A stretch of DNA of 64,000 nucleotides from Phoronis australis (Eukaryota > Animalia > Phoronida). The DNA lies in NCBI GenBank assembly GCA_002633005.1, contig NMRA01000458.1, positions 296,872 to 360,871 on the forward strand. The letters run 5' to 3'. The translations under genes were made by a program, and so were the position numbers. The notes beneath the pieces are model-generated. The model searched no databases and was not told the origin of the DNA. It saw nothing but the letters and a program-made list of their open reading frames with translations. This document shows, piece by piece, positions 1-13,300 of the stretch (its first letter is position 1; each line of letters starts with the position of its first letter).

Positions 1-1358
1 GAGCACTGCGAGTGTGAAATGCCTCATTCGATTTTAGGCGTAAACAAGGCGAAATTTGGCAAACACATTCTTGCAGCAGTACTGCAGTTTTATTGGCCTC
101 TGAAAATGGTATTTCTGTGATATCCAAAACAGATCCCAGGAAGAAAGAGCCCCATGCGGATTCTTTAGGGATAAAGTTTAGAAAGTACCCATGGGAACTC
201 TTGAGGTTGTTTCACATGACTGACATAAGTACATTTCGACCACTGATCAGCTCTAGCTCTAGAGCAGAGAGTTCATCTGTATTAGAAAATTTTGACTACC
301 TTGAAACTGTGTCTGTAGAGTGTTGTATAACCTTGTAGTAATAGCCGAGATTACTCGACTCAAGAATCAAACCAGCGACCCTAATAAAACCAACGTGTGT
401 GCTAACCCTTCAGCTAATTAGGCAATTGCTTGTTAGCGAGTGCCTAACAGAGGCTCATATGACTCACCCAGTCACCAGAAGCATGTCTAGTCACTCTAAA
501 AAGTTGTTTTTTGGGACGCAATGCGGCTTGGCACTGGTTAGGTATAGCAGTCACTAAATAACAGGTCGTCACTTAATGGATGAAACTGGTTCTATAAATC
601 AGGGACTGCTATATCCGACCAGCGGCATGCGGCTTCACAACCGTTAAAGGTTTTATACTGTCAAACACAAGTTGTTTCACCTGCTTAGCAAGAAAACTTT
701 GAAGACTGGAAGAACACTTCTGATTTTTCTTCACGATCGCCGACAAGTTAGAGATTACGTTCAATCCTAGATTCTCCATATCACAGACGATTACTCAGGT
801 AAAGGTTTCATTAAGTAGTCTATCAGAATTAAAGATTTTCATCTCAACTGTTTATGCCCTTTCACGCATCATACTGTGATATGAAATTTTTATTTGGATG
901 CCACACATGTGTGCGCGAAGGCAATGACAACAGTTATGAGCAGTGCCCGGCTTGTGCAAATATCTTTGTTTTGCGCGCAACTTTACTTTATTAATAACGA
1001 TTTTTCAATATTTGATATATATATTTATGCAAATAAATCACCATTGATACTAATTCAATTAAAAGCTTGGAAAAAGTGGAATTCTCTGAAGAACTAAAGT
1101 CACATTCCTCTCAATTAAAATTAGAACGTTTAGTATTTTTTGGCACACTTCTGGGATCTGTCATTAAATTTCGGCATTAGTTTAAGTTTTTAAAAAATGC
1201 TTCTAAAATGTTGCATCCAATAGAAATTGAATATGTACAATGGTAATTTCAAGTTATTGCAGTGACGAATGACTTTTTGCCATTTATTTTTTCTATTTCA
1301 TTGACTAACCCTGCGTCAGTTGTGAAACCCATAAATGAGTTTCCCTTGTCCGGAAATA

Positions 1359-4300
1359 ATGTCAGATAGCGATACCATGCCTGGTAAAAAAGCGCGTATT
1401 TCAAGCCAAACCGAGGATTCTGGTGACGAAAATGTACGGATGTGTTCTTTTCAGATGTTTATTTCAATTCAGAGGTGAAAACATTCTTTGAAAGCTCTTA
1501 GAGCCGACAGTTAGTTGTGTGTTCATTTTAACAACGACTGACAAGTAACAAGTGAAGTGACATGCTCCGATTTCTCCCTGCCTTGCCTTGGTGCAATTGC
1601 TAAGCTGTATCCTAAATATATTAAATATACAGCTTTGGCCGATGTGGGTAAAAAATGGCAAAATAAAGGCTGGCCCAAAAGTGGTGTCATTAAAAACTGC
1701 ACTTTTCTTTGTGTAAACTAAATTATTTACCGATGCTAGAAAAATCAGCTTTATACCTTTTAGACAGTATGTCTTAGTCTTGCGATATGTTATTCTGCTG
1801 CTGAAGTGGTGGAGCGATCTTAGACATCGAATTTCGGCACCATGAAATATAGTGTCACCTATTGGTCAGTTTCTTGTTTTCACCAATTCTTCTATCAGCT
1901 GTTCTTCCTCGAGGTTGCATACATGTTTATTTATTTATTAGATTATTTATTAATTTAATATTTACAATGAGGGTAGCCCCATCAGTCTCAGCAAATGATC
2001 GGAATTGGTTTCACTTCATTATACGTTTTTAGTATTTTAATACTTGTGCAGCACACCAAATTTCAGAGCAAATTTTTCTGCTGCGAAGCTGTCATCATCT
2101 CCTGGGAAATGTCGCAAAAAAGCACTGTATTGCACATGTCACGAGCGCACTGTTTTCAAAACGACGATAGACCTTTCTTTGTTACAAAAGGCGGAGTATT
2201 ATGCAGGAAAATTACATTTCTTGTATGTTATTTCATTTAAAGGGCCACAACGACAAAGTGAGTGTCGGTTGACTCGTAGATTTTGAATGGACTCCTGCCC
2301 GTCGTTAGCTCTACATGTTGATATAAGTTTCATGACCAGTTGACAAACAGAACTACCCTAGTGGTGTTGGAGCTCAACACATACACACACAGTGGTTCCA
2401 AGCTGTTTTTTTGACAATAGTCTTCATACAGCTAGTTGGCTGGCTATGATTTATACAGCCCCAGGGCATTGGCAGTGCTTGTAGACTGGAGTGGAGTGGT
2501 GTGTCGAACTCAGACGCTCTAGTTTCTGTGACGTCTATCTGACTGTGTTGGCAGAGGCAGAGGCTGTGCCAAGTAGATGTACTGAAATAAAAGACAAAGT
2601 TAATTGTCTGGAGGCCGGATTACATGGCAGTGGTGCAAAGTCAACAGTGCACTAGTCTGAAGGTGCACTTGTCTGAAAATACATAAGATTTTGGACTCTG
2701 TTGTATTTTTTCATATTTTCTGTAGACATGCAATAATACGCACTACTTCGGTTGTAAGACACATTGGCGTAGGCCTCACCTAACAAAAACCACCTGCCGG
2801 GTAGTGATGCACTATGTTCGAGTTTCCTGCACATATGCAAATTTGTACTTCAAAGCTTGCCTTGATGTTTCTTTGTGCATGATTCTTCTGCATGTCACTG
2901 ACAGGACACAAAAAAACAATGTCTAAACATTGTCAAAAGTGTTACTGTGTTTGCACTCACGCGATGTCGAAGACAATACTTTGTGCTTAACACCTAGAAG
3001 CTTTCGCTATGAAAGAATTTTGATCGCGATTAAGGCTCATTAAACTTGAGACACAAGGGGTAATGCATCATTCGCATTTTTAAAGCAGAATCTCGCAAGT
3101 GAAAGAAAAAATTTCACTTTATTTAATAATTGTTTTAAACTGGTTTTTAGACACTATACCTTCATGTCTTTTTGTTATTTAAATTCCTTGGCTGCATTTT
3201 ATTCACTTCCCTGGTTCGACCAGCAAAGACATTTGATTGGTTGCCTGTGATGACTTCCAGAGCACTTTCCAATCAAATGTCTGTGCAGTCAAATGGCAAA
3301 CCTGGCGTAGTGAATGAAGTGCAGCCATGGACTGGATTCTCGCCATGGATTGGTTTCCAGGTGCATCAGCGAGTTTCGTAGAATGCTGACAAAAAGTCAT
3401 TTTAATGCTTAGTGGCTCCGTTCTGCCTTTTTAATATACTTTCTGACTTGTGCACCTTCGGACTTGTGAGCTGCTTGTGCCTGGCGTGCTGTACTTTAGG
3501 ACAATAATTAGATATAATGTGCCCACATTATGAGATCAGCTTCATGTCCGCTATTCAGTGGAGAGCTCTCGACCATATTGTCGGTTGCAGGATGGATGCT
3601 TCAGTCTATCCTGCTCTCGGCCATATTGTCGCTTTCCGGGTGAATGTTCTAGTCTATCCAGCTCTCGACCATGTTGCAGGATGAATGCTTCGGTCTATCT
3701 AGCTATTATCCATATTGTCACTTGCAGTATGAATGTTCCTGTCTATCTAGCTATTATCCATATTGTCACTTGCTGGATGATTGTTCCTGTCTATCTAGCT
3801 ATTATCCATATTGTCACTTGCTGGATGATTGTTCCTGTCTATCTAGCTGTTATCCATATTGTCACTTGCAGGATGAATGCTCCAGTCTATCTAGCTATTA
3901 TCCATATTGTCACTTGCAGGTTGATTGTTCCTATCTATCTAGCTATTATCCATATTGTCACTTGCAGTATGAATGTTCCTGTCTATCTAGCCATTATCCA
4001 TATTGTCACTTGCAGGTTGATTGTTCTAGTCTATCTAGCTATTATCCATATTGTCACTTGCAGTATGAATGTTCCTGTCTATCTAGCTATTATCCATATT
4101 GTCACTTGCAGGATGAATGTTCCAGTTTATCCAGCTTTCCAACAGACGATGTGTCTAGAAGCGAAACACCGACACCGGGCAGAAAAAAAGGGCGACATCA
4201 CAAAAAGAAATTCAAGAATTGTAAACTTCAATATAAGCTGACCACATTTGTGAAGGTAATCTGAGGTTTTGCTAATGAATGTTGATTTAAAGAATGGCAA

Positions 4301-7300
4301 ATTTTATCAATATGTTAATGCCTGAATAATTCCTACGTTCCTTTTTGACGTCCTTGTGATGCTGCAAACATCTACACTATGACACCAGAAATTTATAGGG
4401 TTGAACACCATTGCTCATGCCCGAATGAATAGTCTGATTTGAACAACAATCATGTGTCTAACGTTTTCACTAAATAGAGAATTGCACTCTTGTCAAACAG
4501 CTTCTTCTGATGCTCCAGAATATCATTGAGTGAACTGATTACAATACATAATGTGTTGCAATCAAGCTTCAGCAGGTGCTCGTGCATTAGTTGTCAATGT
4601 TTCCCCATAGCCTGTGGCGGGTAAAACACTGATCAGTTTCTCAGCCATCTTCAACACACGCCTTCACACAGGCACACACAGGCAAAGTCCAGGGAACAAC
4701 TCTGCTTTTGTGCACTATATAATAGCTCGCTTCAACAGTACACATTTCATCAATTTTTCATTCGCCATCTGACTTTATTTCATTGCACAGTCAAGCACAA
4801 CATTGCTGAGTTGGAAATTCTGATACATTACTAATTTCTGTGAAATGAACCAATCCACAATTCGCGGGCTGCTATGTCATAGTGTTTGCAATGAGTAAAT
4901 GAGAAACAGTGTTGGACTTGCTAGTGACTGTGATCTGGCTGAAACGATGGCATTATGGATTTATAGTGTAAAGAATTTGCCACTATGAATATATAAGGTG
5001 CAGAATATCACTGTGTTCTACGCTATTGATTTTGTGGTTGTTATGTTTGTGCACATGAAGACAAGGATTAAACTGCATAATTTAGTAGAAATATCAGCAA
5101 ATGGTCACATCAAATATTTTCAAAGACTCGTATTGTTGGTTTGGGCTGCTATCTGTTGATAGTATGTTGATTTAACCTAACACACTGTCAGTCAGAGTTT
5201 TCAGTTATAATTTTTCAATCGTAATCTGAATCAGTCATTGAGAGTTTGCTAAAATTCCCAAGCAAAAATGTCCAAACCTGTCATGAAATAGCCCGCTAAC
5301 TGCAAGAGAAATGTCAATGTTTTTAATGATTTCGCAAATGCAAACAAGTGTCCATTGGCTCTATCCCAGATGTGAGGCCAGATCTCATGGTGTGAAATCT
5401 AGTCTTTGACCATTGCACCTACCTTGCAATGGAATTGTGGGTAACATCACAGATGGTCATGGGATATTTGCGAGGTCATGTTTATATAAAAAGTGTCAGA
5501 ACATTAATTGTTTATATTTCATAAATTAATAACCGTTAACTGAATTTTTCAGGTTTTGATTTTTACAGAAAAGTAAAATGAAGTAGAGAACATAAAATAG
5601 GTATGATATAATTAGATTGAAGTCACTCATCTTTAAGTACAGAAAGACTTGGCACTGACGTGTATAGTTTAGTTACAGTTCAAAAGTTTAGTAAAAAGCC
5701 CTATCACTTTACTACTATCTCCTTAACTCTGGTATGTATAATTATGATTCCAGGAGGACCATGGACAGCCAATCTTCGGTGTTCAGTTCAACTATCACAT
5801 GAAAGAAAACGATCCTATGGTGTTTGCCACTGTGGGGGGTAATAGGGTAACGGTGTACGAATGTATGAAGGACGGCAAAGTGAAGCTGTTGCAAGCTTAT
5901 GGTGATCCAGATGTATCCTTGATGTTAAGCAACACTTGTTTATTTTGTGTTTTTTCACCAGGCATTTCTTGGACCATAACGGTCAGTTTAATATTCCTTC
6001 CATTTGAAAATATTTTTAAGATGTTTGAGCCCTGATGTTTTTTCATTGCTCTTGGTTAATAAGTCAAGTGTGAACATTTTTGTTACAGTAACTGTTATTA
6101 AAACGTTAGCTATTCCGAAACTTAATTTTTTGTTGTCAGGTTTACCAAATTCACCAATAGATGTCTTGGAAGAATTGAATACGATGGCAGGCTCGTAATG
6201 ATTAATTTAAACAAACTACGGCTTGTTTAAGACTAGATCAAAGGGGGACTTCAAATGGTTAATACATACTTTCAGCAAAGCTTTAAAACTCGCCATGGCC
6301 CGTAGATATGTTGAAAACCCCTCATCTAGAAGTGGGTCAGTTATTATACTCACTCTACACGTTCTTAAAGAATTTTGCTTTATTTGTTGAAAGACTTCAT
6401 TAAGTCGAAGTAAACTCTAATTGATAATTTCTATTGGTACGATGTTTTTGGAAGTATGACAACTTTCTATGAGAAAATAATCTTTGCAAGTAAAGAAGCC
6501 TTTTTGAATCATTCTTTGCAGTTTAATAGTAAATTGGGGATTGGAATTAGAGGTGTTCAGTCTCAGTTTGTAAAAGGCTTAAGATTTATCAGAGATATGT
6601 ATACCTCTGATGTTTATCAGTGATAATAAATATATACAAAAACTAGTCATGAAAAAGTGAAATTTTTCTTTCCGGTAAAAATTTCGTAATGCAGAACGTG
6701 GTCTTTGGGAGTTCTAAAGGTTTCAGTCTGAAAAAAATGATTTTCCTGTTTCATTGTTTCTATATCACATATGCATTTTGTCCACATGATTTTAGACATC
6801 TTTGTTAATTAACAAACTTCCTCTTTTTTTATCTCTAGACAATTTTCAGTTGCTGAAATTAAGAGTGTTTTTGTATACAGTAATCCCGCCAAATGGGGTT
6901 CATTGACTTGGTTATTTCCATTTTTCTTTGACACATTCTCTCAGGAGAATGAGAATTTCTACACATGTGCCTGGAGTCACGACGGCGCAGGCCAGCCATT
7001 GCTAGCTGTCGCAGGATCACGAGGAATTATACGAATAATAAGTCCCATCACCATGGAATGCATTAAGGTGGGTGATACAGGTGCACGTCATGCTTAAATC
7101 TAAGGACTACCTTAGTCCTTGTCTCAAAATTCTACGTTGCACAGTTTGCTGGCATTTATCAGCTTATCAAGAACATAAGAGCTGACTGCTTTTTTTCGGA
7201 TTTTTTTCACCGAATCTTGAAAGGTTTCTGCATGATCACAAATAGCGAAATTGTTAACTTTGTTGATTTTTTTTCTTAAAAAGTCCTGGAAAATTGTCTG

Positions 7301-10300
7301 TAAAAATTTATAAAAATGATGTGAACAGATCTTTTCAGCTTAATCGTTCAGGGTGATTTGTGTTTTGACAAACATTTGGTCTTGAAATGATTTTTATATC
7401 ATGACAAGTGAAGACCTTGTAAGAGGATGCAATAAATATGGCTTTGTGCAAACGTGAAGTTGCACTTCCTGTTCTTGAATTGAGTTCTGTGCGTCTACCA
7501 TGTCTACACACTAGTTTTCTGTAAATGTTATCTCCAGTTATCAAAGATGTCACCATTTCTGTAAATGTTGTCTCCAGTTATCAAAGATGTCACCATTTCT
7601 GTAAATGTTATCTCCAGTTATCAAAGATGTCACCATTTCCTTAAAATGCAGGCTGTCATTATGATAAGGTTTGTGCGCTGGAAAACAACTGTTTGATGAC
7701 TTTTCTATTAATGATTTTCAGCATTATGTTGGCCATGGCAACTCTATAAATGAACTCAAGTTCCATCCTAAGGATCCCAATCTGTTGTTGTCAGTGAGTA
7801 AAGGTAAGGTCACCTTTGGTCAATGTTCAAATTGTACACTGATCATTTGGTCAGTGTGTGGGGTGCTCGTGGTAGCAAGATAAACAAACAAAGTCTATAA
7901 TACTGGCATAACATTCAAGTCCTATAGCATATCATGTCACATTTGTCAACATGACTTACACAAGTGACCCGTGTCATTAATGTCAACTGTCTAATGATTA
8001 TGTTGCTGAGTTTATAATAGAAACTAACTTTGGTGCTATAAGTGTGCCCAGACAGTTGAATACTTTAGCCAAATTTGGCCAAGCTTGGACAAACTGGTAG
8101 TACGTCACCTTATTTGATATTTTCTTCAAGCTTGAATGTCCTTGCTCTCTTACCAGCCCTTGCTCAGTTACCTTCAAAAAGACTACTGATAAGCAAAGGT
8201 AAAGCACGCTTGTCGAACAATATTGAATAACTTGTTGGAACAATCATCTTTCTCTTCACTGAATTCCAAGCTTGGAAATCTTTGCCTCTTGGTAACCATT
8301 TCTGTGTAACTTTGAATGTAATTGCTGGTCAGTAACATAATTCAAGCTTACTATCTTGAGCAGATTCTGTCAAGCAGAACTTGTTTTCTTACCAACTAGT
8401 GATCCAAATAAACATATCTCATGATGCTTCGTGCATCACTCGTGTGGTACAGTCAAGTGCACTAAAATAAGATCTGTCTCATTACTAGCAAGCTTGTGTA
8501 AGCTTATTGTGGAACATTGAATAATATTTTGCAAGCTTGAATAATATTGTCCAAGCTTGAGAAAGCATGGTGTGTACTTTTTTGCATGAGTAATCTTGTC
8601 AATAAGGATTATTCAAAGTCAATGAATATGTGGCTTGTTTTTAGTGCCTTGAGTGAAATTGCAATAACTATCAGTTCTGTGATTGAGTAAAGTATGTATG
8701 TGTTTTAGAATGTCTAACTATCAGTTCTGTGATTGAATAAAGTGTGTATGTGTTTTAGAATGTCTAACTATCAGTTCTGTGATTGTGTAAAGTGAGTATG
8801 TTTTTTAGAATGTCTAACTTCCCAGTTGATTACTTGGATTTCAGATCACCAACTCCGCCTCTGGAACATAAAGACAGATACTTTTGTCCTGCTACTAGGG
8901 GGCGTGGATGGCCACAGGGATGAAGTTCTCAGTGCTGTCAGTATCATGTTAATTATGAAATGAAAACAAGATTGATAAATTGCATAGAACCAAAACGTTT
9001 TTTCTCTTAGACTAATCTTATTCCGACAAAATGTATAATTTAAACTTCCTAATTAATGGCTGACTTAAGGAAAAGTTTAAGTACTAGTTTGTCCGATTTT
9101 TTTTTCTTTCTCATTGGAAATAGTTGATTCATAACATGTAGCATGTATAAAGCATTTTTGGAAAATTTACAACCTTATTTAGCTGATTTTAACCTTGATG
9201 TGGTTTGATACAGTTTGATATGATTTGCTATGACAAAATGTGTTAGTATAAGTTTGATACTATTGAATGAGGTCTGAGTGTATCTTTCTTCAAATTGAAG
9301 GTCTTGTGTAGTCATTTGTGTTGTGTTTTTGTTTTTGGCTATTTTTTGTTCTCTACTGATTGTCGCTCATTGGCTGGTATGTTTTCATCAATGTTACTTT
9401 AAATACTATGATTTCACTTGCGAATTTATTTATTTAACATTGAAACCTGAAAGTTACAATACATAAAAGCAGATAATTGTAAGATGGATAAACATACATT
9501 AAAAAGCTTTGGTGGGAAATGACAACATATTGACTTCAGACGACTGTTGAGATTGTATCTTACTATCAAAAAGCAGTGCCCTCATTGTGATCAAATTTTG
9601 ATTCATTAGGACTTCAACCTAGATGGGTCCAGGATTATGTCGTGTGGAATGGATCACTCACTGAAGATGTGGAACTTGGACCAACCAGAAATCAATGATG
9701 TCATAGCTGCGTCATACCAGTACGATGCAAGTAAAGCGAAAAAGTATGCATCTTTTGAGCCATGACTTCGTTGAAACAACATGACTTTGGCATGTGTTAT
9801 TTGCCTTTTTGAAGACTGCTGGTACAAGTGGCAATTGTGTCATTTGATCTTATTATTATTTTAAAGTTTTTTCACTCTAGGTAGTGCACCATCAAAATAA
9901 CTTACACCAAATTTCATATCTTATTAACTTAAAATCATCCATGAAAAAATGCAAATGAATACAAAGCTGTGATTTATGAAATGTTCGTATTTTATCCTCC
10001 ACCAAAGGGTTTATATGGTGGACATCATGCCTTTTGTCTGTGCAGCGAATGTTTTGTTCTCAACTCCTGTATTTCTCATTAAGCAAACTTTAAGAAACTA
10101 TACTTATGAAGTGCCATAGCCCATATCTTTGACATTTTGTGAATCAACCAAATTTTCTTGAATTACGGCCTGTTTATGATTGTCTCGCATGCACTTAGGG
10201 AAATGTTCTTCTGTGCTGAACTCCTACATTTTTCTTGGGGATGTTGACAAAACTTTCAGAAAAACATTATTACGGTATACCATAGTGCATATCGTCGGCA

Positions 10301-13300
10301 TTTTGTGATCCAATCATATTCTCTTGAATAATGGTCCAGTTTTAATGTTCATGCATTCAATGTGCAATTCCTGTATTCGTTATGAGATTTCATCCAAACG
10401 TTCAGGTGGTGTATCATGAAGTGTGCCAGTACATATCTTCATTATTTTGCAGTTTGAGTGTATTTTCTTGAATTATCCCTCTTCTTGATTTTCAAGTGTA
10501 CATGAAAGAAAATGTTGTACACAACCCTTGCACAATAGCTGGCGGGGACACATTACTGCCTGTGTCTACCATCTTGCTATATATTCACATTGGCATTCTT
10601 AGTTTTGTTCTAAGTTGGTAAAAAGAAGGGATAGAGTATCTTAGGTGGTTGTATTATGCGATCAACAAATATTTCCATTCCAGAGCCTTTGCATCGTACG
10701 CCAACCACTTCCCAGATTTCTCTACGCGAGACATCCACCGGAATTATGTCGACTGCGTCAGATGGTTTGGCAACTTTGTATTTTCTAAGGTAACTAAGGC
10801 ATCTTTTGTTTTAAAAAAATTACTTAAAGATTAAACTCATTTTATGTTTGGTCATTTTGTAGTACTGCAGATTTATTGAACCTGCTATTTTTGTTTCATA
10901 ACTTAGCCACCATCCATTCAGGAAGAGCTGGCTGAGTTGCACATTCTTAACATTTAGAATTTAGCTTTGTAGATGACTGCAAATAAATATATAATACCTG
11001 ATGTTGTATTCCACTAATTATACTATACATTGTGCATTAATCCCCTGGGCGCTTGAATTAGGAAATTTAATAATCAGAGATTGGGCATTAAGCTGAGCAT
11101 GGGCGTTTAGAAAATAAAATGAAATTTTTGAAGAATCAGTGGTGAACATTCACCGAGACGGTCGATTAACTCTGCATGTTTTGCATACAAGACATAATGG
11201 TTGGATGCTCATGGGCTAAAAGAACAGTTTCATGTCTACTTCAGTAAAAAACTGGTGCTGTAGAAAAAGACCAAGGGCTGGCGCTTTCGGTACATTTTGT
11301 GAGCTAAGATTGTTGTTGGACACATGTTCCCAAACACACTGACACTGTTTATGAAGTCTCTGTTGTATAATTTGGAAGTGAGTGATGAACTGAGCATGTT
11401 CTTTTGAAAGTGAACATTTAGAGATTACTGGTTGGCTGTCGAGTCATTTGTTGGGCATTAACCTGAACTAGTATGGTATTAAGTGCCTCATAATAGTATT
11501 AGCAGCAGACAGTAGCGTTCTTAACACCTATACTTCAATGTGTTTTGCTCAGTTTAACTGGAGCTCTGGTTTTCAATGTTTTTGTGATTTTGGCCATGAC
11601 CAAGGCATAGCATACTTGGTTGTACTGCAGTTTGTCGCACTAATATGATTAGTCTGTTCATGAAACTGACTCCCATTTTAGGATGTAGTTTAAATAGTTG
11701 TGGACACGTGGTTGCTAACCCAATGTTGTGTTTTTCATAAGAACAAAGCATTTTAATTACCGTTAATTTGACCCCATATTCAACATTCCTACTACCATCT
11801 TCATAATTCATCTTAGTTATACTGTGCAGTAGAAAAAAAGTAAGATACGATGGTCTTTGCTAACACTGGGCTGATGACCTGTAACGAAACAGTGCCAAGA
11901 TCTGTAAGCAAATGACAATCCATGCCACCTTCTTCAATCCTTAGTCGTGTGAGAACTGCATCGTCTGCTGGAAGCCTGGCCCCCTGCCTGATGAAGAGTG
12001 CAAAAGTCATGATAACAAGCCAACCGTTCTACATAAACTGGAGTATAACCACTGTGAGATCTGGTATATGAGATTCTCCATGGACTTCTGGCAAAAGGTG
12101 AACAATGTGCTGGATAGCTTGTGTTCCGGGGGTGTACTCCTGTTCATTGTGTTCCGGGGGTGCACTCCTGTTCATTGTGTGTGGGAGGGTGTACTGATAC
12201 ATGGGTTATCTGAGTGTTCAGTTTTTGTCAAAAAAATTATGTTGTAGTATTTTTTGACATGAAACCTAGCATCTATTATAATAACCCTGTGACGAGGTTA
12301 TGCATGGGCAGATCCAACAAGGGGGCTCAGGGTATCTGTAGCCTCTTTTTCGCCAAAGTGGCAAACAAAAACCATGGGAAAATGGAAGGTTTCGATTTAT
12401 TTTTGTTTCTGTAGACTGCTCGGTGAGATCACAACACTTGAGTTTCTGTTCCAGTTTTCTACTCATTGTTTGTGATGCAGAAAGCTATCTTTTTATTTGG
12501 ACATCTCCTTTCATAAAAAGCTGGATCTGCCTTTGTTACACTTGGTTGGTTGGTAGCAATTGTATTTTTCTGGTGAAAACATATGTTAGATTAAGATATC
12601 TCCAATCACTTGGTCATGTACCCCCAAATGTTACATGGATATTATTGTCCCATGTTCTCACTGGCAGGAACTCTCATACTGGACAGGCAAAATCCTTTGA
12701 CAGTATTTATGCCTTGTGATATGCATACAGTGATTTGAAAGCAATTCGTACAGTGTGCTAAAGGTGTTTCATCTTGTAAATATTTAAATCAGGAATCTCC
12801 GCTTTTGATCCTGTTTGTATGTGCTTTAGGCCTAGCTGAACAATGAGTTAGTTGATTTGTTTTCCATTTCCGCCATCATTTCCAGCCGACTACCGTGTTC
12901 ATTTTGCACACATTCGGATTTTTGAAACTAGCAAATTGCAAATTGAGTGTGTTAATTTTTGACGTGTCTGTGCCAGAATTTGATATATACTTTTTGATAA
13001 TTGGTAGCCTAAGCTGTGATGGATAGTCACCTTTAAACTGGCACACCACTTCTGATAGTCATTCTCAATGTTGATTGTGGAGCTTTCAAAGCTTTCTGAT
13101 TGTGTGAGTGGCGTACAATAGGATTTTGAAGAAAAATGAGAATTTGACAAATTGGGGTCTCTCTTGTTAAGTCTAACTGGGTATTCTGTGACAATGTCAC
13201 TTTAGGTAACCATTGTTTTGGTTCATGTTTTGTGTTGGGACCCTTGGTTTTGGTTTGTTAACATGGCGAGTTAGCACTTTCAGTTTGACCTCTTCTGTGG

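Noticed and set aside
357-420. tRNA-like A/B boxes on the minus strand
   Set aside because: Degenerate, no cloverleaf; at most a SINE remnant.
3558-4241. 227-aa hydrophobic repetitive ORF ([13 protein letters not shown])n
   Set aside because: Alternative frame of the 48-bp array; out of frame with EED and no independent support.
5720-5727. Perfect U12 branch motif TCCTTAAC upstream of EED exon 3
   Set aside because: The intron 2 donor (GTAATC) is not U12-type; chance match or an untestable vestige.
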